From Polyangiales bacterium (GTDB lineage: Bacteria; Myxococcota_A; Polyangia; Polyangiales; Ga0077539): DNA of 64,000 bases. The notes below the pieces were generated by a model. It worked only from the letters and a program-made list of their open reading frames with translations, had not been told where the DNA came from and searched no databases. Position 1 is the first letter of the stretch. Each line of letters begins with the position of its first letter. This document shows, one piece after another, positions 40,465-50,340 of this stretch. The stretch is taken from positions 544,001-608,000 of the forward strand of contig JBGARZ010000002.1 in assembly GCA_044229975.1 (NCBI GenBank), given 5' to 3'. A program made the translations under genes and the position numbers.

Positions 40465-43400
40465 ATGCGCCCCTATCGCCGTTGGTTGTCTCGTGGGCTG
40501 GGCCTCGCGCTCGGCCTCGGGACCTTGCTCGCCACGCAACGAAACGCGGAGGCCGTCTGGCCGCCGCGCCCGGAGATGACCGCCGCCGACCTGTCGATGA
40601 TGGCCAACTGGCCCAACGACCCCGGCTACGCGGGGCAGTGGGAGCACTGGTCGTGGGTGCCTGGAGCGAACCTCACCTTCCCGAACTTCCGCACCGCGGA
40701 GGCGACGATGGGGACGGGCAACAACACCGACCGCGCGTGGGCCATCTCGGTGGGAGATCCGCGGGTGCTCATCGCGGTGCTCGACTCGGGCATCAACTGG
40801 GACAACGACGACATCGTCAACAAGATCGCCCTCAACACCGCCGAGCTCCCGATGCCCGAAGGGGCGACGAGCTACGACAGCAACGCCGACGGCGTGGTGA
40901 ACATCCTCGACTACCTCCGCGACTCGCGCGTGACCTGCGGGACGGGCGCCGTCGCGATGCGCAACCCGCGTCAGTGCCGCGGCACCGACGGGATGCCCAA
41001 CGACCCCAACGCCAACGGCGTGCTCGACCCGGGCGACCTCATCCGGGTGTTCTCCGACCGCACCGACGCGGACAACAACGGCTACGTCGACGACATCGCG
41101 GGCTGGGACTTCTTCCAGGACGACAACGACCCGGCCGACGCCACGCGCTTCGGCCACGGCACCGGCGAGATGCGCTGGAGCGCCGCGGAGACCAACAACG
41201 GCATCGGCGACGCCGGCGACTGTCCGCGCTGCATGCTCGTCCCCATCCGCGCGGCCGACAGCTTCATCGGCGAGGTCGACGACTTCGCGCAGGGCGTCGT
41301 GTACGCCGTCGACCGCGGCGCGCGCGTGGTGCAGGAGGCGCTCGGCACGCTCGACAACAGCACCTTCGCGCGCCGCGCCATCGACTACGCGTACGCCCAC
41401 AACGTGCCCGTCATCGCGAGCGCGGCGGACGAGAACTCCCGGCACCACAACGTGCCCAGCACCAACAACCACACGCTGGTGGTGCACGCCATTCGCTACG
41501 ACGGAGAAAACGTCCAGCGCAGCACGACCTTCCTCAACTTCAACAACTGCACCAACTACGGCGCGCAGCTGATGCTGTCGGTGTCGGGCACCGGATGCTC
41601 GTCCGAGGCGACGGGCCACACCGCGGGCCACGCCGGGCTGCTGCACTCGTACGCGTTGGAGCACAGCCTCACGCCCGCGCTCTCGGCCGAGGAGATCTAC
41701 CAGCTCCTGCGCACGACCACCGACGACATCAACGTGCCGGAGAGCCAACCCACGCACCCGATGTACGACAACAGCAAGTACCCGTCGCTGCCGGGGTGGG
41801 ACCAGCGCTTCGGCTACGGTCGTACCAACGCGCGGCGCGCGATGGAGTCGCTGCGCGACGGGAAGATCCCCCCCGAGGTCGACATCGTCTCGCCGCAGTG
41901 GTTCACCAACTTCGACCCCGACCGCGCGCCCCAGCAGACGCTGCGCATCGAGGGCCGCATCGCCGCCCGCCGCGCGCCGCGCTTCGACTACACCGTCGAG
42001 TACGCAACCGGCGTCGAGCCCGCTGACACCGCCTGGGTGATGGTGCGCCGCGAGACCAACGTCACCGCCGCCGTCACCAACACCCTCGGCGAGATCGACC
42101 TCCGCACGCTCACCATCAACAACCCCGGCGAGCGGTCCGATCGGTACACGCTCTCGGTGCGCATCCGCGCCGTGGCCCACTACGACTCGCCCATCGGTGA
42201 CGTACTGGGCGAGACGCGGCGTGCGTTCTTCGTGCACCGCGACAACACCGTGGTGCCGGGCTTCCCGATCGACGTGGGCGGCTCGGGCGAGAGCTCGGCC
42301 AAGGTGGTCGACCTCAACGGCGACGGCTCGCGCGAGATCATCTACGGGACGGCCGACGGCGAGCTGCACGCCATCCGCGGCGACGGCACCGAGCTCGCGG
42401 GCTTCCCGGCGCACACGGTGCCGCTCTACGGCATGAACAGCGCGCACGCGACCAACTACCTCGCCAGCGCGGCGTACTCGGGCACCACGCCCGCCATCGA
42501 CCCGGCGACGATCTACGACCCCATCGTGGCCACGCCCGCGGTCGCCGACCTCGACGGCGACGGCACCGTCGAGATCGTGGTGTCGACCTATCACGGCACC
42601 GTTCACGTCTTCAATCACGACGGCACGGCGTACGGCCACGGGTTTCCCTACGCGCTGCCCGACGTGACGAGCGCGATGACGGCGCCGGACCGCATCCTCC
42701 AGCGCGGTCTCTTCTCGTCGCCGGTGCTCGCCGACCTCGACAACGATAGCCGCCTCGACATCGTGTTCGGCGCGATGGACGGGCACGTCTACGCGCTCAA
42801 CGGGATGACCGCCGCGGTGAAGCCGGGCTTCCCGGTGGAGATCCACTTCCCCGAGGCGAACACCGAGTACAACCGCATCTTCGGCAACGTCGGCATCGGC
42901 AACTTCAACGGCGACAACATCCCGGACATCGTCGCGGTCTCCAGCGAGAAGCTGCGCGGCGACAACAACACCGGTGCCATCTACATCGTGCACGGCGACG
43001 GCAACCTGCACGCGGGCGGACCGTTCCACCCCAACTGGCCCATCGCGATGACGTCGTTCAACTTCTTCCCGCTGGTGGGAGAGGGCATCTCCGGCGCGCC
43101 GCCCATCGCGGACATCGACGGCGACGGCCGCGACGAGCTGGTGCTCACCGGCAACGCGCTCCCGACCATCGCCTTCGCGCGCGGGGTGCAGGCGCCCCAC
43201 GAGCGGCGCCCGGCGCTCAACACCCTCGCGGTGCAGGCCCTCGCGCAGACCTCGCGCCGCGGCCCGCTCACCAACAACACCACGCAGATCGTGTCCTTCG
43301 CCAACGTGTTCAGCATGGGCGCGTGGGGCGACATGGACGGCGACCAGAGCCCCGACTACGTGATCTCCGGCGCCGAGCTCAACCTCGCCATCAACCTCGG

Positions 43401-44121
43401 CGGCGGCGGTCGGGCGCGCCCCTTCTTCCACCTCGTGGGCGCCTTCCGCGGCCGCGACGGAACCGTCCTCCCCGGCTTCCCGCAGCTCATCGAGGACTAC
43501 ACGTTCTTCATGAACCCCGCGATCGCGTCGGTGAACGGCGACCCGTACCCCGAGCTCATCCTCGGCACGGGCGGCTACTACCTCGAAGCCTTCGACGCCT
43601 GCGGCCGCGTGCCGAGCGGTTGGCCGAAGTTCACCGGCGGCTGGATGATCCCCTCGCCCGCCCTCGGCGACCTCAACGGCGACCACACCGTGGAGGTCGT
43701 GAGCGGCACGCGCTCGGGTCAGCTCTGGGCCTGGCGCACCGAGGCCGACGACCGCACCGCCAACGTGCAGTGGGAGAGCTTCCGCCACGACAACCGCAAC
43801 ACCGGCAACTACGGCTCGCCGCTGTCCCTCGGCGTGCGCGGCGTCGGCGACGCCGGCGTGGTGCAGTGCCCGATCCCGGTGACGCCGGACGCGGGCACCG
43901 AGGAGGAAGACGCCGGCGTGGTGGCGCAGGACGTCGCCGTGGTGGCGACCGACGCGGGTACGACGACCGCCGACGCGGGCAGCGCGCCGACCCCGGCGAC
44001 CTCGGGCGGCGGCTGCGGCTGCCGTACGACGGGCACGGCCCCGACCGGTCGTGGTCTGACCGCGCTCCTCGGGCTCGGCCTTGTCGCCGCGCTCCGTCGC
44101 CGCCGTCGCCGCGCGGACTGA
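40465..44121 (+). CDS. Secreted S8-family serine peptidase with FG-GAP/VCBS repeats and MYXO-CTERM (paralogue 2)
   Basis: Same architecture and same length (1218 aa) as the upstream gene. Confidence 0.88.
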   Translation: MRPYRRWLSRGLGLALGLGTLLATQRNAEAVWPPRPEMTAADLSMMANWPNDPGYAGQWEHWSWVPGANLTFPNFRTAEATMGTGNNTDRAWAISVGDPRVLIAVLDSGINWDNDDIVNKIALNTAELPMPEGATSYDSNADGVVNILDYLRDSRVTCGTGAVAMRNPRQCRGTDGMPNDPNANGVLDPGDLIRVFSDRTDADNNGYVDDIAGWDFFQDDNDPADATRFGHGTGEMRWSAAETNNGIGDAGDCPRCMLVPIRAADSFIGEVDDFAQGVVYAVDRGARVVQEALGTLDNSTFARRAIDYAYAHNVPVIASAADENSRHHNVPSTNNHTLVVHAIRYDGENVQRSTTFLNFNNCTNYGAQLMLSVSGTGCSSEATGHTAGHAGLLHSYALEHSLTPALSAEEIYQLLRTTTDDINVPESQPTHPMYDNSKYPSLPGWDQRFGYGRTNARRAMESLRDGKIPPEVDIVSPQWFTNFDPDRAPQQTLRIEGRIAARRAPRFDYTVEYATGVEPADTAWVMVRRETNVTAAVTNTLGEIDLRTLTINNPGERSDRYTLSVRIRAVAHYDSPIGDVLGETRRAFFVHRDNTVVPGFPIDVGGSGESSAKVVDLNGDGSREIIYGTADGELHAIRGDGTELAGFPAHTVPLYGMNSAHATNYLASAAYSGTTPAIDPATIYDPIVATPAVADLDGDGTVEIVVSTYHGTVHVFNHDGTAYGHGFPYALPDVTSAMTAPDRILQRGLFSSPVLADLDNDSRLDIVFGAMDGHVYALNGMTAAVKPGFPVEIHFPEANTEYNRIFGNVGIGNFNGDNIPDIVAVSSEKLRGDNNTGAIYIVHGDGNLHAGGPFHPNWPIAMTSFNFFPLVGEGISGAPPIADIDGDGRDELVLTGNALPTIAFARGVQAPHERRPALNTLAVQALAQTSRRGPLTNNTTQIVSFANVFSMGAWGDMDGDQSPDYVISGAELNLAINLGGGGRARPFFHLVGAFRGRDGTVLPGFPQLIEDYTFFMNPAIASVNGDPYPELILGTGGYYLEAFDACGRVPSGWPKFTGGWMIPSPALGDLNGDHTVEVVSGTRSGQLWAWRTEADDRTANVQWESFRHDNRNTGNYGSPLSLGVRGVGDAGVVQCPIPVTPDAGTEEEDAGVVAQDVAVVATDAGTTTADAGSAPTPATSGGGCGCRTTGTAPTGRGLTALLGLGLVAALRRRRRRAD

Positions 44122-44150
44122 ACGCTCCTCCCTCTCCCTTCCCTCTCCCG

Positions 44151-44951
44151 TTGTTCGTCCTCGACAAGCCCGTCGGCCCCACCGCGGCGCAGGCCCTCAC
44201 TGCGCTGCGGTCGGTCGACCCTTCCCTCGCGGGCGTGAAGCTCGGTCACGCGGGTCGCCTCGACCCGATGGCCGAGGGGCTGCTCACGGTGCTCGTCGGC
44301 GACGAGACCCGCGACGTCCACGCCCATCGTGCGCAGCCGAAGACCTACGAGATCGACGTGCTCTTCGGCGTCGCGACGGACTCCTTCGATGAGCTCGGGC
44401 TGGTCACCGCGCTCGCGCCCGCAGCGATCTATGGTGGCGTGATCGAGCGTGCATGCGCGGACTTCGTGGGGCCGTACGCGCAGCGCTACCCGCCGTTCTC
44501 CCAGGCGCGGGTCGAGGGGCGTTCGCTCATCGCGCTCAGCCGCGCCGGGGTCGTCGTCGAGCGGCCGACGGCGGCGCGAGAGCTGTACGAGGTCGCGCTC
44601 CTCGCAGTGCAGAGCGTGGACGGCGCTGCGGTGAGCGAGCGGGCGCAACGCAGAGTGGCGCTCGTGCGCGGCGACTTCCGACAGCAGGCCATCGCGGACC
44701 GTTGGGTCGCGGCGATGGAGGAGCACCGGGCGTCGCGCTTCACCGTCGCCTCGCTGCGGGTGCACTGCTCGGCCGGGACGTACATGCGCGCGTTGGCCGA
44801 CGACCTTGGCGCGGTGATGGGTGCGCACGCGATCGCGTCACGCATCCGGCGAACCCGCGCGGGTGATCTCACGCTCGACGGAGCGCGGACCTTGGAATGC
44901 GCCGCGCTTGGGGACGTTGACCCTCCAGGAAGAAGGAGGTGGTCCCCATGA
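44151..44951 (+). CDS. TruB-like pseudouridine synthase (short, no PUA domain)
   Basis: LDKPVG, GHAGRLDPMAEGLL, KTY, G..TDSFD, YPPFS, CSAGTYMRALADDLG; start uncertain (TTG at 44151). Confidence 0.8.
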   Translation: MFVLDKPVGPTAAQALTALRSVDPSLAGVKLGHAGRLDPMAEGLLTVLVGDETRDVHAHRAQPKTYEIDVLFGVATDSFDELGLVTALAPAAIYGGVIERACADFVGPYAQRYPPFSQARVEGRSLIALSRAGVVVERPTAARELYEVALLAVQSVDGAAVSERAQRRVALVRGDFRQQAIADRWVAAMEEHRASRFTVASLRVHCSAGTYMRALADDLGAVMGAHAIASRIRRTRAGDLTLDGARTLECAALGDVDPPGRRRWSP

Positions 44952-45259
44952 ACCACGACACCCGACGAAGCTTCTCGATCATCGCTCTTGGCGCCGCGCT
45001 CCTGGTCCCCGCGGTGGCAGCGGCCGATCCGCCGCCCAACGGCGGGCCGCCCGGCGGTCGCGGCCACGGTCCTCCGCAGGCCGCGTTCGACGCGTGCGCC
45101 AATCGCACGGCGGGGGCTGCCTGCTCGGTGCAACTCCCCGATCGCACGCTCGAAGGGACGTGCGCGACCTTCGGCGACGGCAGGCTCGCGTGCCGACCCG
45201 ACGGCATGCCACCGCACGGCGGACCTCCGCCTGGCGGTGGAGCGTCACCGCAGCCGTGA
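44948..45259 (+). CDS. Small secreted 4-Cys protein
   Basis: AGGAGG SD, signal peptide, PPQAAFDAC...C...GTC...LACRP. Confidence 0.75.
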   Translation: MNHDTRRSFSIIALGAALLVPAVAAADPPPNGGPPGGRGHGPPQAAFDACANRTAGAACSVQLPDRTLEGTCATFGDGRLACRPDGMPPHGGPPPGGGASPQP

Positions 45260-45338
45260 CCAGCGACTCCGTGGCGGGAGTCTGCGGTCGGCCGGAATGT
45301 GAGGGGGAAGAGAGAAGCGGGTGGGCGGCGCTGACAGG

Positions 45339-45596
45339 TCAGCGATTGGTCGACTTGATCGTGCTCTCGAGCATGCCGAACACGCTCGCGTAGGTCTCGC
45401 CGCGACCCGCCTCGCGAATGCGAACCGTGAGCGCCTGCTCCTTCTCGTTGAAGGACATGTCCGCGAACAGGTTGGCCGAGCGGAGCGTGCCGGTGTCGCT
45501 GTAGGGCGGCGAGAAGCCCTTCGACCGGAGGTTCTGGATCAGGAGCTCGAAGTCGGTGCGCTTGACCTTGTCCCACTGCTTGATGTTCGACGGCAT
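45339..45596 (-). CDS. Hypothetical protein (85 aa)
   Basis: GAGGAGG SD before ATG (MPSNIKQW); typical codon usage. Confidence 0.75.
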   Translation of the reverse strand: MPSNIKQWDKVKRTDFELLIQNLRSKGFSPPYSDTGTLRSANLFADMSFNEKEQALTVRIREAGRGETYASVFGMLESTIKSTNR

Positions 45597-45689
45597 GTGA
45601 TGTCCTCCTCGGGCGGCCTTTGTAGCCGTCGCGGAAGCTATCACGGCCCCATCAACCGCTCCAAGGGCCAGCACTGCGGCATTTCGCGC

Positions 45690-46811
45690 TCACCCCCACA
45701 GAGCATCTTCGACGACCTCGGCTTGCGCCTCCCACCGCCACGCGAGCGCCCGCTCTCTCGCAGTCGCTACGCCGTCTGGGTGTTGCGCCCACGCGATCGC
45801 GACCGCCGCCGCGAGGCTCGCCCCCGACGCGTCGCCGTCAAGCACCACGCCCGCATCGCCGACCAGCCACCTCACGCCACCGCTCGCGGTCGCCACCACG
45901 GCGGCACCTGCACCCATCGCCTCCAGCAGCGCGACCGGCGCGCCCTCCCCGCGCCCACCCGCGACCTCGCCCGCGGTGTGTAGAAACACCCTCGCCCGAC
46001 GGAGCCACGCGTCTCGCTGCTCCGCGCCGACGGCCCCCTCGAAGCGCACGTCGACCCCGCGCGCCCTCGCCTGCGCCTCCAGCGAAGGCCGCTCTGGGCC
46101 GTCGCCGAGAACCACCCAAGGCAGCGACAGCCGCGCCATCGCGTCGAGCGCCCGCTCGTAGCGCTTCACGGGCACCAGGCGGCCGACGCTGAGCACCACG
46201 TCGCGCTCGACCGCGTCGCCCACCGCGGGCCAGAAGCCCATTGGGGCCACGACCGCAGGTCGCGCGAGGCGCACGCCTTCGGTGAGCGACATCATACCGG
46301 GCCAGGTAAGGCGCCACGCCGTCGCCTGCGCGAACACCGCCCGCCGCGCCGCCAGCGGCAGCCGTCCGAGGAGCCACCCGTCGGTCCCATGAACGATGGC
46401 CAGGTGCGGACGCCCGCCCCGCAGCGCGCCCGCGATGAGCGCCGACGGCAGCGCGAAGTGGCTCACCCAGCCGTCCACCGAAGAGGCGTGCCGCGCCGCC
46501 AGCGCCCCGAGCGCGGCAACCGTTCGACCGGCCCGCAACCACGCCACCGCGTCGGGCACTCGCCCGCCCAGCGAGAGGCGCTCCGGCGCACCGCCGCCCG
46601 CGAAGACACCACCCTCGCAGTCCTCCACCGACTCGACCCGCACGCCCCCCGCCCGCAGCGGCACCCGCCCGCGGGGAACGCTCCCCAGCAGCACCACCCG
46701 CACCCCGCGCGCGGTCAGCGCCGACGCCATCTCGCGCACGAAGGCTCCCGCCGACGGGTCTCCATCGTGGGGCAGGCTCGTCGTCAACATCGCGACGGTT
46801 CGCGCTCGCAT
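45690..46811 (-). CDS. Glycosyltransferase family 4
   Basis: HGTD, VGRLVPVK, GDGPER, EGAPVALLEAMGAG. Confidence 0.88.
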   Translation of the reverse strand: MRARTVAMLTTSLPHDGDPSAGAFVREMASALTARGVRVVLLGSVPRGRVPLRAGGVRVESVEDCEGGVFAGGGAPERLSLGGRVPDAVAWLRAGRTVAALGALAARHASSVDGWVSHFALPSALIAGALRGGRPHLAIVHGTDGWLLGRLPLAARRAVFAQATAWRLTWPGMMSLTEGVRLARPAVVAPMGFWPAVGDAVERDVVLSVGRLVPVKRYERALDAMARLSLPWVVLGDGPERPSLEAQARARGVDVRFEGAVGAEQRDAWLRRARVFLHTAGEVAGGRGEGAPVALLEAMGAGAAVVATASGGVRWLVGDAGVVLDGDASGASLAAAVAIAWAQHPDGVATARERALAWRWEAQAEVVEDALWG

Positions 46812-46884
46812 CGGGGTCGATGCGCTACCACGAGATCGCGCTCCCCCTCCCGGTGACCCCCGCGGTCGGTCTATAAACGCGTCC

Positions 46885-48252
46885 ATGTTCACCAAGGTCC
46901 TCATCGCCAACCGGGGCGAGATCGCCGCCCGCATCGCCCGCACCTGCCGCCGCCTCGGGGTCGCCACCGTGGGCATCCACTCCGAGGCCGACGCCGACGG
47001 ACTGCACCCCGCCGCCATGGACGAGAGCCACCTCGTGGGCCCCGCCCCGGTGCGCGAGAGCTACCTCAACGTCGCGGCCATCATCGACGTCGCGAAGCGC
47101 ACGGGCGCCCAGGCGGTGCACCCCGGCTACGGCCTCCTCAGCGAGAAGGCCCACTTTGCGCGCGCCGTCATCGACGCGGGCCTCGTCTGGATCGGCCCGT
47201 CGCCCGCCACGCTCGACGTGCTCGGCGACAAGATGAAGTCGCGCGCGACGGCCATCGGCGCCCACGTCTCGCCCGTGCCCGGCGCGGACGCACCGGTGGA
47301 GTCGGTCGAGGCGGCGGAGGCGGTGCTCGCGCGCATCGGGTTCCCGGCGCTGGTGAAGCCCGTCGGGGGCGGCGGTGGCATCGGGATGCAGGTGGTGCGC
47401 GACGGCGCTGGGGTCGAGCGCGCGATGAAGTCGGCGTCCGACCGGGCGCTGGCCTCCTTCGGCGACGCGCGGGTGTACGTCGAGCGCTTCGTCGAGCGGC
47501 CGCGGCACATCGAGGTGCAGATCTTCGGCGACTCGCACGGCGACGTGGTGGCGCTCGGAGAGCGCGAGTGCTCGCTCCAGCGGCGGCACCAGAAGATCGT
47601 CGAAGAGTCGCCCGCGCCGGCCTTCCACGGCGAGGAGGGCGCTCGCTATCGCGCGCAGATTCTCGATGCGGCGGTGCGCATCGGGCGAGCGGCGAGCTAC
47701 GTCGGCGCGGGGACCTGCGAGTTCATCTGGGACGAGTCGCGCAAGGAGTTCTACTTCCTCGAGGTGAACTGCCGCATCCAGGTGGAGCACGCGGTGACCG
47801 AGATGGTGACGGGCCTCGACCTCGTCGAACATCAGCTCCGCGTGGCGCTGGGCGAACGACTGCCCGAGGCGATGCGCAACGTGACGCTGAGCGGCCACGC
47901 GATCGAAGCGCGGCTCTACGCGGAGGACCCGGCGAAGGGCTTCATCCCGAAGCCGGGCGACGTCACGACGCTCACGTGGCCCGAGGGGATGGGCGAGAGC
48001 GTGCGCATCGACGCGGGTGTACGCGCGCCCGGGAAGGTGACGCCGTACTACGACCCGATGATCGCGAAGATCATCGCGCACGCACCGACGCGGGCCGAGG
48101 CCATCGCGAAGCTGGGCGAGGCGCTCGCGCAGGTGGAGGTCGCGCCGCTGGTGACGAACCTCACGTTCTTGAAGGCGGTGCTGAAGTCGGATGAATTCGC
48201 GGCGGGTGCCTACGACACGACGTTCGCGGAGATCTTCGCCAAGCGGAAGTGA
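46885..48252 (+). CDS. Biotin carboxylase (acyl-CoA carboxylase alpha/AccC-like, no BCCP domain)
   Basis: KVLIANRGEIA, HPGYG, GGGGIGM, RHIEVQ, ERECSLQRRHQK, FLEVNCRIQVEH, YYDPMIAK. Confidence 0.93.
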   Translation: MFTKVLIANRGEIAARIARTCRRLGVATVGIHSEADADGLHPAAMDESHLVGPAPVRESYLNVAAIIDVAKRTGAQAVHPGYGLLSEKAHFARAVIDAGLVWIGPSPATLDVLGDKMKSRATAIGAHVSPVPGADAPVESVEAAEAVLARIGFPALVKPVGGGGGIGMQVVRDGAGVERAMKSASDRALASFGDARVYVERFVERPRHIEVQIFGDSHGDVVALGERECSLQRRHQKIVEESPAPAFHGEEGARYRAQILDAAVRIGRAASYVGAGTCEFIWDESRKEFYFLEVNCRIQVEHAVTEMVTGLDLVEHQLRVALGERLPEAMRNVTLSGHAIEARLYAEDPAKGFIPKPGDVTTLTWPEGMGESVRIDAGVRAPGKVTPYYDPMIAKIIAHAPTRAEAIAKLGEALAQVEVAPLVTNLTFLKAVLKSDEFAAGAYDTTFAEIFAKRK

Positions 48253-48455
48253 GCGGTGTTCGGGTGAGCCCTGACGACGAGTCGGCGCTCGAACGTCGGG
48301 TGGTCGCGGCCGCGACCGCCGCGCTTGAGGCGCGCAATGTCGTGACCGCCGTCGACGTGCTGGTGGACATCGGGTGGCTCGCCCAGAGTCGGGTCGACGA
48401 CTGGCGACGTCGCAAGCTCAAGGCGCCCGCGAAGGCTACGACGGAGGGGAGCTGA
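48249..48455 (+). pseudogene. Probable truncated remnant (N-terminus resembling DUF2293-containing proteins)
   Basis: LERRVVAAATAAL...VTAVDVLVDIGWL...VDDWR, then an abrupt end at 68 aa; family match recalled, not searched. Confidence 0.4.
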
Positions 48456-48489
48456 TGCCCCGGAAGGTCTTCCGGTAGCTCCGGGTGTC

Positions 48490-50193
48490 TCAGTGCTGCC
48501 CGGAGTGGGCGACGCTCTGGAGCGCCGGCGTGGCCAGCTCCTCGCAGCGCGCGTGGATCGGCGGAGTCGCTGCCGCCGTCGCGGTGAGCTCGCGCACGGT
48601 GTGGCCTTCGAGGTCGACGACCCTCACCGGACCAAAGGTCCGCAGCACCTCCTGCAACGGCTGATGCGCGCGCGGCGCCGCTCCGTCGGGCCGCGTCTGG
48701 CACGCCTGGATCTGCTGCGCGAAGGTCGCCTCCGGCGGGAGCTGCGCCGCGGCCGCGCAGGGCGGCCCCACGTCGACGGGCGCATCGGCGGTGCCCACGA
48801 CCACCACGAGCGCCTGCTCGGGGTGCACGTAGCGCCGCGCGGTGGCGAGCGCTGCGGCGGGGTCGACGGCCGCGATGCGCGTGCGGAGCGTGTCGTAGTA
48901 GTCGGCGGGCAGGCCGAAGATCCGCATGCTGGAGACGAGGTCGGCGACGTTGCCCGGCGTCTCGATGGAGAGCGCGAAGCTGTCGGTGAGGTACGAGCGC
49001 GTCATCGCCACTTCGGGGTCGGGCGCGGCCTCGGTGGTGACGCACTCGATGTGGCGGAAGAGCGCGTGCATCGCGTCGCCGGTCACCGCGGTGCGCACCT
49101 GGCCGCCCGCGAACCAGTTGCTCGTGCCGACGTTTTCTCCCATGCGGGAGTACACGCCGTAGGAGAGCGAGCGCAGCTCGCGCAGGTCCATGAAGAGGCG
49201 CGACGAGACGCCGCCGCCGAGCACCTGGTTGGCCACGGTGAAGGGCACCCAGTCGGGGTCGGCGCGGCGCAGTGAGCCGTTGCCGATGCGAATGACGCTC
49301 TGCGGAGACTCCGGCCGGTCGACCAGAACGATCTGGCGAGCGGTGCGCGGCTCGAGCTGGGGGATGGTCACCGCCGGGGCCGTGCCGCGGCGGAGCGTGC
49401 CGAGGGTGCGACCGAGCAGCGCGTCGAAGGCCGCGGGCTGCACATCGCCCACCGCCGTCAGGAACATGTTGCCCGCCACGAAGCGCGCGCGGTGGAAGTT
49501 CACGAGGTCGAGGCGCGTGAGGCGGCGGAGCACGTCGGCCGTCGTATCGATGCGACCGTAGGGGTGCGCCGCGCCGTACACACCTTCGTAAAACGCCCGG
49601 CGCGTGAGCCAGCCCGGATCGTTGCGCGACTGCTGGAGGCGATCGTTTTCACGACGCTTGAGCTTGTTGATCTCCACCTGCGGGAAGGTCGGGTGACCCA
49701 CCACGTCGGCGAGCAGCGAGAGCGCCGTCTCGGCGTGGTCACGCAACACCGACACCGAGAGGATGGTGACGTCCGCGGTGGTCGACACGCTGATCGAGCC
49801 GCCGACGAATTCGATGGTCTCGGCGATCTGCGCGCTGCTGCGGGTGGTGGTTCCTTCGCGGAGCATGTCGCCGGTGAACGACGCGAGGCCCGGGAGGTTG
49901 GCGGGGTCCGTGGCCGATCCGGCACCGACGACGAGTCGGAGGTGGAGCACCGGGAGCGTGTGGTACTCGACGAGCTGCACGGCGAGCCCGTTGGTGAGCG
50001 TGGTCGCGCGCACCGGCGGGAGGTGCACGTCACGCGCGGGGCCGGGGTTGGGCACCGCAACGCGCACGGGCGCAGCGGCAACGCCCGCATCGGCATCGGC
50101 CACGGGCTGGGTCGGCGCGGTGACGGGAGTGTTGGTCCTCGTGCTGCTGCACGCGGAGAGAACGAGGGCGAGGGCGAGGGTTGAGCGGCGCAT
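48490..50193 (-). CDS. M16 (insulinase) family protein, non-catalytic lipoprotein subunit
   Basis: Lipobox LSAC, TLTNGL, no HxxEH, VLGGGVSSRLFMDLRELRSLSYG. Confidence 0.88.
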   Translation of the reverse strand: MRRSTLALALVLSACSSTRTNTPVTAPTQPVADADAGVAAAPVRVAVPNPGPARDVHLPPVRATTLTNGLAVQLVEYHTLPVLHLRLVVGAGSATDPANLPGLASFTGDMLREGTTTRSSAQIAETIEFVGGSISVSTTADVTILSVSVLRDHAETALSLLADVVGHPTFPQVEINKLKRRENDRLQQSRNDPGWLTRRAFYEGVYGAAHPYGRIDTTADVLRRLTRLDLVNFHRARFVAGNMFLTAVGDVQPAAFDALLGRTLGTLRRGTAPAVTIPQLEPRTARQIVLVDRPESPQSVIRIGNGSLRRADPDWVPFTVANQVLGGGVSSRLFMDLRELRSLSYGVYSRMGENVGTSNWFAGGQVRTAVTGDAMHALFRHIECVTTEAAPDPEVAMTRSYLTDSFALSIETPGNVADLVSSMRIFGLPADYYDTLRTRIAAVDPAAALATARRYVHPEQALVVVVGTADAPVDVGPPCAAAAQLPPEATFAQQIQACQTRPDGAAPRAHQPLQEVLRTFGPVRVVDLEGHTVRELTATAAATPPIHARCEELATPALQSVAHSGQH

Positions 50194-50212
50194 CGTTGGG
50201 TTCCTCGTTGGG

Positions 50213-50340
50213 TCAGCGGGCAGCGGGAGCGGTGGGGCGCGCGGGTGCGGCGGGACGAGCGGGCGCAGCGGGTCGCGCGGGTGCAGCGGCGGGACGTGCG
50301 GGCGCAGCGGCGGGAGCAGCAGCGGGTGCCGCGGCGCGCG
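50213..50340 (-). repeat. Coding tandem repeat (AAPA/AAPARP) at the M16 C-terminus
   Basis: AAAPAAAPAAAPARPAAAPARPAAPARPAAPARPTAPAAR. Confidence 0.7.

Noticed and set aside
37635..43788. Very long minus-strand ORFs (809 aa, 1128 aa) opposite the S8 genes, and many similar shadow ORFs across the window
   Set aside because: Antisense shadows expected in high-GC coding DNA; no recognisable motifs; fully overlap well-supported genes
36729..44121. Two genes of identical length (1218 aa) as an assembly duplication
   Set aside because: The sequences differ extensively and have compensating indels; equal length looks coincidental
43323..44150. Long N-terminal extension or fusion on the TruB-like ORF
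   Set aside because: An Arg/Pro-rich off-frame read-through of the S8 gene; TruB motifs start only at 44151
44122..44150. Pyrimidine/C-rich tracts after several genes (also about 40390-40430 and 22722-22733)
   Set aside because: Could be Rho-loading sites but are indistinguishable from compositional noise without data
48460..48475. CCGGAA-GGTC-TTCCGG hairpin as a terminator
   Set aside because: Only a 6-bp stem and no U tract
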